Shown piece after piece: positions 51,574 to 64,000 of a stretch of 64,000 nt of DNA. The position numbers and the translations under genes are program-made. The DNA comes from the human T2T-CHM13v2.0 reference genome, Homo sapiens: the NCBI RefSeq assembly GCF_009914755.1, contig NC_060935.1; one strand, 5' to 3'. Each line of letters opens with the position of its first letter. Position 1 is the stretch's first letter. Under the pieces are notes generated by a model. The model was not told the DNA's origin, ran no database searches, and saw only the letters and a list, made by a program, of their open reading frames with translations.

Positions 51574-53482
51574 TCAAGGGAAAGGAGGGACATGAAGATA
51601 GGACTTGGAAGTGAATGCCACCTGAAGAGAGGAAACAGACTGGTAACAGTGGGAGCAGGGGCGGGTGAAGGGTCTGCAGAAGGAGCAAGAACCATGTGTC
51701 GGTCTGAACTCGTAACGCTCCCTTTCTCTGCTGAGAAGATGCATCCAGAAGGCTTGGATTCTGCAGGCAATTTGGAGCCACAAAGGCTTTTATTAGAGGG
51801 GGACTTGAATTTTGGGGAAGGATGGTCGGTATTGTGTGAAGGATGGTGTGAATGGGGTGAGCCTAGCAGCTGGGGACCCCCTGTGAATAGCCCACAGAAA
51901 TGACAAAGGCCTCAAATTTGCAGAGGCAGTAGGAATAGAGAGGGAGACAGGTTTCAAAAAATTAATAGAGAAACTTGACAAAATATGGTTATTTAATACA
52001 CCTTTCACTCAATTGATTCTAAAATCTAAACTCAGTCTCTGAGATCAAACACTGTCAACGTGCCTGGCACAGCGCCTGGCTCCTGGGTCTGCACAGGTTG
52101 GTTGGACCTGAGCACGAATCAGTCCAAATGTGAACCTTTGGTTTGCTTCTTTTCAGAGCCAGGGAAAGCTGGCAAGGGACAATTGGAACCAAAAACAGCA
52201 TATGTTCGAAGGAAGGTATTAAATTGGCTCAGATTTCTCATCTCTGGGCCAACATGAACTTTTACAGGCAAAAATTCTTGAATTTATGTAGAATTGCGTC
52301 TTGCCTGAGAAAGGTACATTTCTAACACCTTGAACCACAGAAAAGAGGAGGTGGCTGGACCCCTGATCACACTCAAGCTTCATCTAATGCCAAACAGAAC
52401 AGGTTGGCCTCACCTTCAATCTTAGCTCTGTCTGACACTTACAGAGTCATCAAATGCCTTGGCTGTCTCACCGTCTGGTGCTGTTAGGGATTATCTAAAC
52501 AGGGAGAATCTCAGGAGCGGGAGGGGAGCTGAAACACATCTCCATGTGCAGAATGTGCAGGGACAGCCCCAGGCAGGTGGGCGTTTCTCTCGAGGGAAGT
52601 GAGAATCCAAGAAATGGAGAGATTAGGCAGCCATCTCAGGATTGCAAATCTAGTGTGTAGTAGGAGTGAGCTGGGGCTGGGAGTGGAGAACTGGACAGGC
52701 CTGAGTTATTACATACGCAGTTCCTAAAACCCTGCCGGACCTGTTCAGTACTGAAGGGTGCTTGGCTCACTCCTGGCCCCTCAGTGGGTCTCCCTCCCAG
52801 TGGTGAGCATTTCCTCTTGGAAGGTTTGCTCTTGTACTACTTTATCAAGGGAACTTTGATAAAGCTATGATGATGGGGCATCTTACTAATTTTCATCTTG
52901 ACAGATTTCTTATGGAGTTTATTTAGTGACCCAGCTTGGAAAGGTATTCTGGGAGCCAGTGCCAATTCAAGGGGCAGGTGCTTGTATGTGTGTGTGTGTG
53001 TGCAGGTGCTGTGTGAGCACACAAGAGCACGCAAGGTGGGGTGGGGGGATGTTGGTGAGAGTTTGTCGCTGTGTATCCTGGCCATTTGCACATTATACAA
53101 GCATAGACAACATTAAGACTGGGCCTGTATGCTTGGGCGTTACTGTCCCCAGGGTCCCAGCCACCTGTGCTTTGCTCAACCCCTTGGAAGCCTGGGAGGA
53201 TCAATAACTGGGTACCCGGCCCCCATCCTCAGGAAAGGCACACAGCCTGGCATAGAGAAAGCCCCATGTCAGGTTCTGCACCCTCCCTAAAGGTGAGCAG
53301 CAATGCTTTAGGGTAGAGAGGCGACCAGAAGCCTCAATAGAAACAAACCATGTTTGTTAATGATGATGGGGTCCCAGGAAAACATTTCTGCCTTTAAAAT
53401 AATGATGAAAATTTTAAATGGATTTCTTTTGGTAAAAAGGGTACAGGACTCAGAGTCAGAAGGCCCAAGTGTGGGTATGTCC

Positions 53483-53917
53483 TATGAAAGGGAAATTATC
53501 TTGGGCTCCCAAAATCACTAAAGAAAACTTAAACTGGAAACTGCTTAGGGCAAACCTGCCTCCCATTCTATTCAAAGTCACTCCTCTGCTCACTGAGATG
53601 GATGCACATCCGATTTGCCTCCTTTGGAGAGGCTAATCAGAAACTCAGAAGAATGTAACCATTTGTGTCTCACCTATCTGTGACCTGGAAGCTCCCTCCC
53701 TGCTTCCAGCCTCCCCGCCTTTCCAGACCGAACAATGTACTTCTTACATGTTGACTGATGTCTCATGTGACCCTAAATGTGTAAAACCAAGCTGTGCCCC
53801 GACCACCTTGGGCATGTGTCGTCAGGACTTCCTGAGGCTGTCGCGGGCACGTCCTCAACCTTGGAAAATAAACTTTCTAAATTAACTGAGACCTGTCTCA
53901 GACTTTCTGGGTTCACA
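53483..53917 (+). mobile_element. ERV1 solo LTR (MER4A-like), inserted in a MIR
   Basis: ccaaaatcactaa...cttagggcaaacctgcctcccattctattcaaagtca...gaccaccttgggca.atgt.gtcaggac.tcctgaggctgt...aataaac; 4-bp TSD GTCC. Confidence 0.93.
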
Positions 53918-53991
53918 GTCCTATAGAGTTGACTATTTGTCTCTTGATCTTTGTGTGCTGTGTGCCTCAGTTTCCTCTCTCCCATCTACTA

Positions 53992-54500
53992 GTCACTCAA
54001 CAAACACTTCCCGGGCATCTTTTATCTGTGGGGCACTGTGCTGGGCCTTAGGAGGAAACAGTTTCCTACAGGATAATATGGAAGGGGCAAAGAAGAGTCA
54101 AAGATAATCCCTACACATGGGTGGTTTACAATCTTATGGGGAGCTAATAAGTATACACAGATGGTAGTGACACACTGCCAGAAAAGATAAATCCATAGAA
54201 ATGTTGTAAACAAAGTACAGTGGAGCCAAGAGGAAGAAACAATTACTTCAGAATGAGAGAACACATGTCTGGAAGGATCCACGGAGGAGACAGTATTTCA
54301 ATTGACCTGGGAGGAGGAGGAGAAGAATTTCAATCAGGGAAAAGGAATTTGCAGTGAAGGGAACCTGCTGTCGTGCAGGGGCTGAGGCCACAGAATGGGC
54401 AGCTTCCCTGGCAGAGAAATCCCAGTGGAAAGCCAAGGGCATCAGGGTGCTCCAGGCCCAGCAAGGCACAGGGAGTTTGGAAAATGCTTCCTGGCAGTGG
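53992..54500 (-). mobile_element. L2 fragment
   Basis: cactcaacaaacactt...ggcactgtgct.ggcc...tttacaatcttatgggg...acggaggagacag.atttca. Confidence 0.65.
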
Positions 54501-54586
54501 TGCAGGCTGGGTCTGTGCCTGCAAGGTGGCTGGTGACAGCCCTGCAAAGCAGGGAGCCCTCCTACTGGTGGCGGTGAGCTCGATGA

Positions 54587-54729
54587 CTCAGTGCTCCATC
54601 CAGTCCTCCTGCTGCCCGAGGTGGTCAGTGCACATAGAATGTGGCTGGGACCTCGGTCCTCCATCCAGTCCTCCTGCTGCCCGAGGTGGTCAGTGCAGGC
54701 AGAGCGTGGCTGGGACCTCAGTGCTCCAT
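54587..54729. repeat. 65-bp tandem duplication (about 2.2 copies)
   Basis: ctc(a/g)gt(g/c)ctccatccagtcctcctgctgcccgaggtggtcagtgca...gtggctgggac at 54587 and 54652, partial at 54717. Confidence 0.93.
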
Positions 54730-55275
54730 AGGGGCAGCCCTTCTGAGGAGGGTTCTTGGACGGCGTCTACTCCTGGCACCTGAGTGTGCCTGGCTGCCAC
54801 CTGAATGAGGCCTCCGTAAACACAGAGTCTACTGTGTGCAGGGCCTGGCCCGTGCCTCTACCTCAATGATATGCAGCCCCCACCCACCCTTCACTAACAT
54901 GTCATGAAGTTGCCTTCTTTTCCTGCCTGGCCCAAGGCAGTCACCATTTGGGCCATTCATCTGAACAGACAACATCCAGATGCTGTCTCTTGGACCTGGT
55001 TTGGAAAACTGGGCAGAGGAGGTCTGTGTTCCCCGGGCCTTTTCCACATTGTCTTATTTCCCACTAATGGCTAACTCTCTCCAGGGATCCAGGAATCCAA
55101 GCCTGGAGAAGACCCCCTTGTCCTCCCTCTGCACCTGCTCAAGGCCAACCTGGCCAGAAAGCAGGAGGAGGGAGGGCTTCCGGAGCAGCATGAGAGGTGA
55201 GCTCCCTGGCAGCTCTGAGAAAGGATAGAGGGAGGCCAATGCATGACCAATGGCGACCAGCACTTACAAAGCCTC

Positions 55276-55797
55276 TGAAGGCACGAAGGACTTGCCATCT
55301 CAAATATGCTGGATTGGGGTACTGATTATTTCCAGTGGAAAACATTGAAGAAATTGTAGTTTCAGAAAGTGTGAACTGACCTGTCTCTTTCTACACGTGG
55401 CAAGCCATACAGCTTCCTCTGGGAGGGGTACCCTGTCCACACCAGGGCGAGAAAATAGCCCCCATTACCAGAGGCCGTGCACTGGGGCTGCAATGGACTG
55501 GCTGAGGTAACCCTCACCTTCCGCTAGTCGTCCACCCCCATACATGTCTCCTCGTGACTCTCCTGGAAATGTGCTGCCCCTAGCCAGATCCCCTGTGTCC
55601 TGTCATTTCATCTCAAACACATCATTTTTGCCTAAAAAGTATAAAAGCATCTTGCTTTGGCCACTTCTTTGGATCCGTTGTGAAGATCCCCACGTACATG
55701 TAAAGTCTACTTAGTGTCAATTTGGTTTCTAGATCCAGCCGAAGAGCCCACATCACAGCTAAGGGAGGATGGGGAGGGGGTCTCTGACTCCCCTACA
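55276..55797 (+). mobile_element. ERV1 solo LTR (MER34-like)
   Basis: tgaagg...gccatctcaaatatgc.....ggg.tactgattatttc...aaaagtataaaagc...tttggccacttctttgg...ctcccctaca; 4-bp TSD CCTC. Confidence 0.88.
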
Positions 55798-56293
55798 CCT
55801 CTGAAGGCTGCACTGAAGCCCACTCCCCATTACATGGCAACCTGGAGAGCCCAGCCCTGTCCCTAAACAGACAGAAACTGGGGGAAAGCAGCACAATTCA
55901 TGTGTGTCAGAGAGATCCCCATCTGGTGCAGAATGACACCAAATTGTTCCTGTACCAGTTTCTCCAGGGCTCCTGCTGAACCCGCGCGATGGCAAGTCTT
56001 TAATGATGAGTGCCACCTTCCATGGGAATGCATGCCTGGCTCATTCTTAGTCTATCAGATTGACTTTATTGAGTGTGATAAAGGAAGTGTAGGGACCGGG
56101 AAGTTGTATATGTTCTCTTCACTGACGGCAGCCTGGGACAGGTGAAAACACCCAAACTTAAGCCAGCCAGACCTGAGCTCCAACACTGCAATGTCATAGA
56201 AATGCTACCTGTGCCACAAGAAGTTTGAGAGAACTCAACATTCTACATATATATGTATATAATGTATGTGGCACCTGCTCTGAGCCAGACACG

Positions 56294-56368
56294 CCTGACC
56301 TCAAGTGATCCACCCTCCTTGGCCTCCCAAAGCGTTGGGATTATAGGTGTGAGCCACCGCACCCGGCC
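56294..56368 (-). mobile_element. Alu left-arm fragment
   Basis: cctgacctcaagtgatcc...gagccaccgcacccggcc. Confidence 0.9.
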
Positions 56369-57984
56369 CTTTTACTTATTTTAGGTTGGTGCAGTAAAGC
56401 TCCAGATAAATATATGGAACAATGATAGTGCTTAGTGAGAAGGAAGGAAAGATTGTGTCTCAAAAAATGCAATTTCATCTCTCTGGATAGCAGTGAATTA
56501 CCTCAATTCACCTATGTGGAAACTCTGTGATACTGAATAAAAACACCTTCTTCTCAGCCCACACTGGTCCTAAGTGCCTGAGGGGATGTGAGTTGAGGAG
56601 AAAATGACAATGAGGTTTTGACTCTTCTGCACAACTCCCCAGGGCCGCTTATCACTTCCCTGGTCTTAATGTCACTTCCTTGAATAATCACCAGATTCCT
56701 CCATTGATAGAAACTTGCAAACATGGCAATAGGGGAGCATTTAAGTATTTATGCTGTGACACTTCACCCTGAAAAGGAAGTGGTTGTCATTAGAATCACT
56801 CGTGACATGGGCATGCAGATGGAGGAGAATCGTGGGCAGGAGGGCGCCCACCACTCATCCAGGCCTGGAAGGAGAATAACGTCTGTGTGTGTGTGAGCCC
56901 CAAGGCTCCTGCTCATTGCAGAGGGAACGCAGTGGTCATGCCTGGCCCCCGCTGGGCTCAAGACAACAATTCTGCCTGGGAGTCTGGAGTCAGCTCTGGA
57001 AGCTGTGTGGAAGTCACAGAGGAGGGACTCCACGTGCCATCATCCAGGTTGGTCTTGGTGAGCCCTGCAGTTCCAAATGCTCAACTAACACTATAATATC
57101 CCTGACTGACCATGAAGATTCCCCTGAAATGCACCATGCCCTGGATTCCTAATGCACAGCTGAGGTCCTTCTTCCTTTCACATATCCTCCTGCCTTGAGA
57201 AGAGTTCGATTCAGTCCTCCCCACCCCCATGGATGGGCACCCAGCCAGGAGACAGAACCCCAGACCAGTCCACTGCAGGGAGTCTCCATTTATCTGTCTC
57301 CCACCACAATGCTTACCATTTCAGGGAGTGCTTGAGGAAGCTGCTAGGGGCCTCCCCAGAGAAAGCTTGACAGCTGACTCCTCTGAGGGATAGGCTGTGT
57401 TCTGGGTTGCTTATTCTGATCTGGACCACCACATCCCTGCCTTCTGGGCAGATAATTACAGAGAGTCAGTGTCCAGCTCAGGGCAGTGGTGGGGAAGGGT
57501 GCAGGCCACAACCAGCCTTACATCTGGGCCCTGGCAGGAGGTTCTTCTAGAGGAGGAGCAGAGAGCAGAGGTTGCAGGTGGCAGACAGTGGTCCTCAGAA
57601 AGGAGCCCAAGATGCCTGTGGTCACTGTGCTTTGAGGGTGGGAGCTCTCCACTGCTTCAGTGTTCCAGGGTAGTCCCAGCCTACTGCAACCCTGGGCGGC
57701 AGGGTACCCTGCCCTGGGGTAAGGCTGAGAAACTGGCTAGTACAACACCAAATGTGACCTTGTAGGGTAATGTGAGAGCCAGGGATTTTAAATGCAGGTG
57801 CAAGCTTATGGCCTAGCTGTGTTTCTCTCCCTCTCCCCATGATTTCTAAGGACTCTTTACCATAGTAGGATAAGATGAGAATATCAATATTTAATTCTCA
57901 TATTTGTTTCCAATATTCTGTTGGTCTGTTTCCCTTTTACCATCATTTATATTATTTGTGAAGCACAGAAGTTAAAAAATATTG

Positions 57985-58748
57985 CATTCAAATAAACGGA
58001 TTGCAAATATTTTCTCCTTTTCTGTGAGTCGTGTCTTCACTCTATTGATTATTTTCTTTAGTGTGCAGAAACCTTTTGATTTGATGTAATCTCATTTGTC
58101 TATTTTTGCTTTTGATACCTGTGTGTGGAATACAACATGCTTTTTCTAGCTTTATTGAGGCATAATTGACAAATAATGATTGTGTATATTTATGGTACAT
58201 GATGTGATGATTTGATATATGTGTACATTGTGAAATGATTGCCACAGTGAAACTAATTAACAAATCCATTACCTCACATAATTATCCTTTCTGTTTGTGG
58301 TTAGAACATTTAAGATCTATTTTCTTAGCAAGTTGCAGGTACGTTATGATTAACTTTTGTCACCATGCTGTACAATAGATCTCCAGAACTTAGTCCTCCT
58401 GCCCAACTGAACCTCATGTCCCAAAAATCATTGCCCAGACCAATGTCAAGGGGCTTTTTTTCCTGTTTTCTTCTAGAAGTTTTATAGTCTCAGGACCCAA
58501 GTCCTTACCCATTTTGAGCTGATTTTTCTATGCAGTGTGAAGTAAGGGTCTAATTTCGTTAGTCCACATGCAGATAGCTGGTTTCCCAATGTATTTTATT
58601 AAGAAGATTGTCCTTTCCCATGGTTTATTCTTGGCACCTTTGTTGAAAATCAGTTGACCATAAAGGCATGGGCATATTTCTGGAGTCTGTTGTGGAGTCT
58701 ATTGTGGTCTGTTGTGTTCCACTGGACTTTACGTCTGTTTTTATGTCC
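57985..58748 (-). mobile_element. Inverted 5' segment of an L1MA (ORF2), with a nested L1MA 3' fragment at about 58140-58418
   Basis: ttgcaaatatttt.tcc...gtgcagaa.cttt...tttgatgtaatctcatttgtctattttt, then aatcattgcccagaccaatgtc; nested piece starts ctttattgagg.ataattgacaaat. Confidence 0.85.
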
Positions 58749-59608
58749 GTTAACATCCAAAATACAAAAGGAAGTCAAACAACTCAATAGCAAGAAAACA
58801 ACATAATTTAAAAATGGGCAAAGAACATGAATAGACATTTCTCAAAAGATATACAAACGGCCAATACATTTATGGAAAAAAAAGCTCAACATTAATAATC
58901 ATCAAGGAAGTTCAAATTAAAACCACAAAGAGAAACTTCTTCACACCTGTTAGGGTGGCTATTCTAAACCAACCAACCAACCAAAAACAAACAAACAAAA
59001 AACCCAAGATAACAATTATTGAAGAGGATATGGAGAAAAGGGAAGCCTGTTGGTGAGAATGTCAATTAGTACAGCCACTGTGGAAAAAAGTCTAGAGGTT
59101 CTTCAAAAAAATTAAAAATAGAACTATTATATGATCCAGCAATTCCACCTCTGGGTATACGTTCAAAGGAAGTGAAGTTAGGATGTCAAAGAGATGTCTG
59201 CATGCTCATGTTCATTCCAGCATTATTCACAAGAGCCAAGACATTAAAACAACCTAAATGTCCATTTATAGATGAATGAACATGAAATATTATTCTGCCT
59301 TGGAAAATAAGAAATCTTGTAATTTATGACAACTTGGATGAACATGGAGGACGTTGCGCTAACAAAACAAGCCAGGCACAGAAAGACACACACGATATGA
59401 CTCACAAATACCACATAATTTATACATGGAATTATAAAAAGGTGAACTCATCGAAGCCAAGAATTAAATAGTAGCTTCCAGGATCTACGTGGAGCAGGGA
59501 ACGGGAAGGTGTTACAAAGTTTCAGGTAGGCAGGAGGAGTAAGTTCTGGAAATCTGTTTTACAAGCTGGTGACTACAATTAATAATAATGTACGAGACAC
59601 TTGCAAAT
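58749..59608 (+). mobile_element. L1MA ORF2 end plus 3'UTR, truncated before its own poly-A
   Basis: caactcaatagcaagaaaaca...atatgatccagcaattccacctctgggtata...aagttctgga.atct...ggtgactacaattaataataatgta. Confidence 0.9.
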
Positions 59609-60168
59609 CCCACCCCGGCCTGCAGAGGCGCTGTCCCGCCCCCAACCCAACCACGGGCATTTGCAACACGGGCGGAAAAAAGAACCAAAACTTCCTAAGG
59701 CCCCACTTTTTTCTAAAAGGTACTTTAAAAAAAACTTGTTTGTATTTTTTGTTTACATTTTACATTTGTGTACACATGGTTAGGGTCAGCCGTTTTTGAT
59801 GATCTGGAATGACCAAACCAGCCTTCAGAGTGCACTCTGTCCTACTTCTTGACTTTGCCTGTGGTGTAACCATGCTCACTACAACCTCAAGAAAAAACCT
59901 TGTAGGAAAATAAAAAACGGCAACAAAATGCCAATCTTCTTCCGAGCATTCCAGTAACTTGTTAGTGTGTGTACTTAGCTGTACTTACCATAAGTGGTTG
60001 GTTCCTATGAGACCGTTTAAAAGGCCAAAAATAAAAGGTCTTTTTTTTTTTGTCCATGAAGATGCTGTTTATTTATTTATTTTTAGCCTGTTTGATGTAA
60101 ATGTGAGACAGTGTTATCCAACAATAAGCAGGAATTTTATTTTGTTGAGTTGTTCTTAAGCAACAAAA
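59609..60168 (+). pseudogene. PTMA: 5'-truncated processed pseudogene of prothymosin alpha (3'UTR only)
   Basis: Colinear with the PTMA 3'UTR as I recall it: atttgcaaca.gg..ggaaaaaagaaccaaaacttcc, ttagggtcagcc.ttttt.atgatct..atgaccaaaccagccttc, ttccgagcattccagtaact, aaaaggccaaa.ataaaaggt, ccaacaataa.caggaattttattttg.tgagttgttct, then an A-rich remnant. Confidence 0.88.
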
Positions 60169-60364
60169 ACAGTAACTAAAAAACCCTCGGGGTCAGATTA
60201 CATGATCTGAGACACTGCCGAACTTAACATCCAAGAAGCGCAGGCTTTGTGGCGGGTCTTTGCAGAGTGATGATTTTACTCTGATTTTACTCTGGGGTGA
60301 ATGGAGTCCACTATTCCCTGGGGCAATGTTTTTTCTCCTCCCCTCTGAACTCTCCCAACCTCTG

Positions 60365-61216
60365 TGGTTGCCAGATAAAACACAGGATGCTCAGTAATTC
60401 GTTTAATTTTCAAGTAAACAACAAATACTTTTTCAGAATAAGAAGGTCTCAAATATTTCATGGGACACACTTACGAGAAAATATTACCTGTTTATGTAAA
60501 ATTTAAATTTAACTGTGTACTCTGTATTTTTAAATAATTGTTTCATTTTAGAGTAGCTGGAGAATATATGTTGCCAATATGGTGCGAGGGTCCCCACACA
60601 CTCCTTGCACAGTTTTCCTGCTGTTAGCATTTTATGTGAGCATGCCTCATTTGTCACAGTTAATGAACACATCAACATGCTATTATCAACAAGGACACGT
60701 CACTGTTCCCCAAATCCACTCCCTCATTTTCTTAGTTTTCCCTGTCCTCTTTGTTTCCCAGGGTCCTATCCAGGATCCCACATGACATTAGCCCGTCTGC
60801 CCAGCCTCCTCTTGGCTGTGACAGTCTCTCAGTCTTTCCCTGCTTCTCATGGCCCAGGCGCTTTTGAGGTCAGGTGTGATGTAGAATTTTCCCCAGTCGG
60901 GATTTGTCTGATGTCTTCCTTGTGATTAGACTGGGCTGCGGTGTGGCGTGAGCCCGCAGAACTGCAGTGCCATCCCATCACAGTGTGACGAGGGCACACC
61001 CTACTATCCTGACAGGTCACTGTGGATGCTGACTGAGATCGCCAGGCTGAGGGGTGTGTAAGGCTTTCCCATTGCAAAGTTCACCTTTTCCCTCCATTTA
61101 CATATTGTACTCTTTCAAAGAAATGTCACTGTGCACAGCCCTGAGCTGGGGAGTGAGGGGTTCTGTTCTGCTTCCTTGAGGTACTCTGTGGATTTTTGGC
61201 TAAATCTGGCAGCCCT
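60365..61216. mobile_element. MER53 hAT MITE split by an L1 insertion
   Basis: ggttgccagataaaa.acagga...catgggaca.actta...aaatttaactg (60365-60531); terminal ctaaatctggcagccct at 61200-61216. Confidence 0.85.
60532..61180 (-). mobile_element. L1MC/MD-type 3'UTR fragment
   Basis: catttgtcacagttaatgaac...atccaggatcccacatgacatt.g...gcagtgccat.ccatcaca; flanked by repeated gtactctgt. Confidence 0.8.
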
Positions 61217-63924
61217 CCTCACCCTTCAGTGGATCCTCCACTCTCCTCCACTGTCCTGGCTTCCTCATCCACTCCAGCCCAGGCAGCATTCTCCCTCTTT
61301 GCAAGCCAGGAGCACTAGGAATTTACAAGCCAGGATGCCTCACCCCAACCCCCTGCATAGCTGCCCTCTGATCACATACCTCAGACGAGACTGTCAGCTT
61401 CAAAGGGCAGAGGCCGTTCTTGGGTGACCGCTGACATCCCGGAGCACCTGGAAAGGAGCCAGCCGCAAACACCTGTCGGTCTCACTTGATGAACATCCTA
61501 ACTGCAGGCTTCTTTTTCCCTGGACAGAGCAGACAGCCCTTCCAGAGTCATCACGAGCCCGGAAGCTGTAGTTCCCTCCTGAGCAGGGGAATTGGGTACC
61601 CCGATTTGTATCAGTTTCACAGGGTGAAGGAAAGGCCCCTGATGGACACACCATCCTATTTGTCCTCTGCGAGGCCAGTGATGACTGGCCAAGCAGCAGG
61701 AGGTACCAGTCACCCCAGGACCTGTGCCTACGTCTGTGCCAGGGTTCATCCTCATGCTGACTCCTGGTGAGGATGCTTGAGGCTGACTGGTCTGGAAACC
61801 AGCGTGGGATGGCATCCCATCCAGACCTTGCCTCTTGCAAGGCTGTCTTTCGCTTAACAGACTGAGGCCATGGTGCCCTCTGAGTCTCTGGCTCTCCCTG
61901 GCCTCCCTTTCAGGAAGATCTTCCTAGAGTCTATCCTCAAGCTTTCTATGGGCAGAGGACACTCTTCCCATCCTGGTCTACATCTCTGCAGAAAGGGCAG
62001 ACCCTCCCCACATACCCTGAGAGTACCAGAGTTTAGCCTTGCGCCTCTCCCATTGCTCGGACTCCATAACACAGAGCTGTCCCTGGGACAAGAACACACC
62101 TTTCCAGAGATCGGGTCAGCCTGGTTAGTCCAGGTGGCCAGCGATCCTGGAATAGAGTTGAGTGGTCGATGGTGGCCACCTTTGTGGGGAGGAGGTCCAG
62201 GTCTTCAGATCTTGTGAACCAGACGCGAGTAGGTTCTGAGGCAGGGCAGCCCACGGTGCTGGGTGGTATCATCTGGCCTCACAGTGACCGGCCAAGGGCT
62301 CGGGGAGCCAGGGTTCCTGGCAAAAGCCAGCGGGGACGCCGGGTGTTCTGGGAGAGGCTGGTCTGTCCGTAAGCTGGCCCGGCTTTGATATGGAGCTGCA
62401 CGTTCACCTGGAGGCAGGGTCCTAAAGGTAGAGAGGCTGCTGCGCCCCTCCTTGCTCTTTCCAAGCAGACCTGGCCTGCAGGAAAGGCCTCACACTGGGA
62501 CAGGCTGGAGAGGCCACTGTGGTTGGGGAAGGTTCCAGGAGGGCAGGCGTGGAGGGAGCACAGGAACTGGGGGAGCCTGCTACCACCAGAGAGTTGGGGG
62601 AGTCCGGGTAGAGTCCAGCGTCCTGGGGAGTCGCAGCAAGGTCCTGCCGTGCCCACGGCCTGCTGCGTGGCTCTCCACGGTATCCTGGTCTCTCTGAGTT
62701 CCCTTCCCCATGGACAAGGCCATGGTGACAGCTCCACAGAAGCCTCCTGAGCATGGGAACCTGAGACAGTGCTGGGCCTCGGTGCTCCAAGGTGGGTCCT
62801 GGACCCCCAGGCTGGCTGAGCGGGAGCCTTGATCTGGAGGGAGTGGCCCTTGCCAAACCCGAGGAGGGCAGAGGCCTGGAGAAGCCTCACCTTGACAGGG
62901 GCTGAGGCTCTGAAGGTGGTGGGGAGGACTCTGAACCCCCTTGGGCCACCTGCCATTAAGAAATGGCAGGCACTTAAGCCAGTGTGCATGCTACACCTGG
63001 CTGTGTCAGCCCATCCTGGGAACGGGCCCTGTCTGGGAACGCCCCACCCCTGTCTGCTGCAGCGAGGTGAAGATCAGCACCTTGCCAGCATCCCCTGGCA
63101 GCCCTTTCTGTCTGTGCTATGAATTCTCTCTCACTTTTTCTTTTACCCAACACCATCTACATGGCTGTTCGTGCACAGGACTTTGATTTCTGTGATGTGC
63201 TCTGATGTGCGTCGACTGTATTTTATCTACCCATGACTGCACTGCTGGCTCCTGCAGCCATCAGAACCAACCTTTAATTAACATCACTGTATATACGGCT
63301 TATAGATTCAAAGGAGTTATTGAAGTTAGTCTTAAGACAGAATCCAAATGATGGGGTTTTATGCACTGGAAATGGCCCTTGAGGGGAAGGATGAGATTAC
63401 CATTCCTGGGGAACTGTGGGGCTACGGTGGTGGAAAGGGGAGTTGCTGGTAATCCCTTCCCTCATTCTCACCCAGCGTGCATAAAATGCTGCTTCCTTTC
63501 CTAGCACATGTGCATTCCAATTCCTCCATTCTAATTTGATATATTTTTATCCAGGCACACATCTCCTCTGACAGGCAGGTGTCATTTGCTGGATTCTCTT
63601 TCTACCTTTTCTCTAAAACCTTTACTCATTTGCCAATCTTGGCAGACAGCTGGCATAATTTTTTATAGGTCCGGAATTTTATAATAGACTGGCATTATTT
63701 TGAGTTCTGGATGCCCCCATTTTTTAAAATGTCTTAAGAAAAGTCTCTGAGATATGGAAATGAAAACATGAAAAAGTTTAATTTCCTGCCTGAAATGGAG
63801 ATGAAGAAGAGAAAATGTCAGAACAAACACAGATTAATTAATAGTAATATAAATTATCCTTTTTCTTTAATGAAAGAGGAATCATGCTTGGCAGATGTAT
63901 GAGGGAAAATGCCTGCCTGGCTCT

Positions 63925-64000
63925 TGGATTTAGAGAAATCTGAATTTGCATCCTGGCACTGTGTGACCTTGAAGAAGTTATTAAGTGCCTCTAGGCCTTC
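63925..64000 (+). mobile_element. MIR fragment
   Basis: ctgaatttgcatcctggcactgtgtgaccttgaagaagttattaa..gcctct.ggcct. Confidence 0.65.

Noticed and set aside
62279-62989. 236-aa minus-strand ORF and neighbouring 100-146-aa ORFs
   Set aside because: No recognisable domain; several overlapping frames are open on both strands, as expected by chance in GC-rich DNA.

Overview
Primate (human-like) non-coding genomic DNA with no convincing protein-coding gene, RNA gene or CRISPR array. The left ~30 kb is AT-rich and packed with old LINE-1 (L1M), Alu, MaLR/ERVL LTR, L2, MIR and DNA-transposon fossils; the right half is more GC-rich. The long ORFs in the track come from tandem repeats or retroelement debris. 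Most notable: (1) a 34 x 60-bp VNTR (34529-36567) that arose inside an L1MA 3'UTR, is open on both strands (742 aa and 691 aa) and carries a G-quadruplex motif in most units; (2) a 30 x 75-bp VNTR (47848-50095) with 22 AP-1 sites and an exact 900-bp higher-order duplication; (3) a 3'UTR-only PTMA retrocopy joined to a 5'-inverted L1MA (57985-60168), possibly one chimeric insertion; (4) a decayed ERV-L pol region (RNase H, integrase, dUTPase-like) at about 38350-39900; (5) a ~1.5-kb alternating purine-pyrimidine tract. Repeat families were called by eye from remembered consensus sequences, so subfamily names and boundaries are approximate. The sequence gives no direct evidence that any of these elements is functional.
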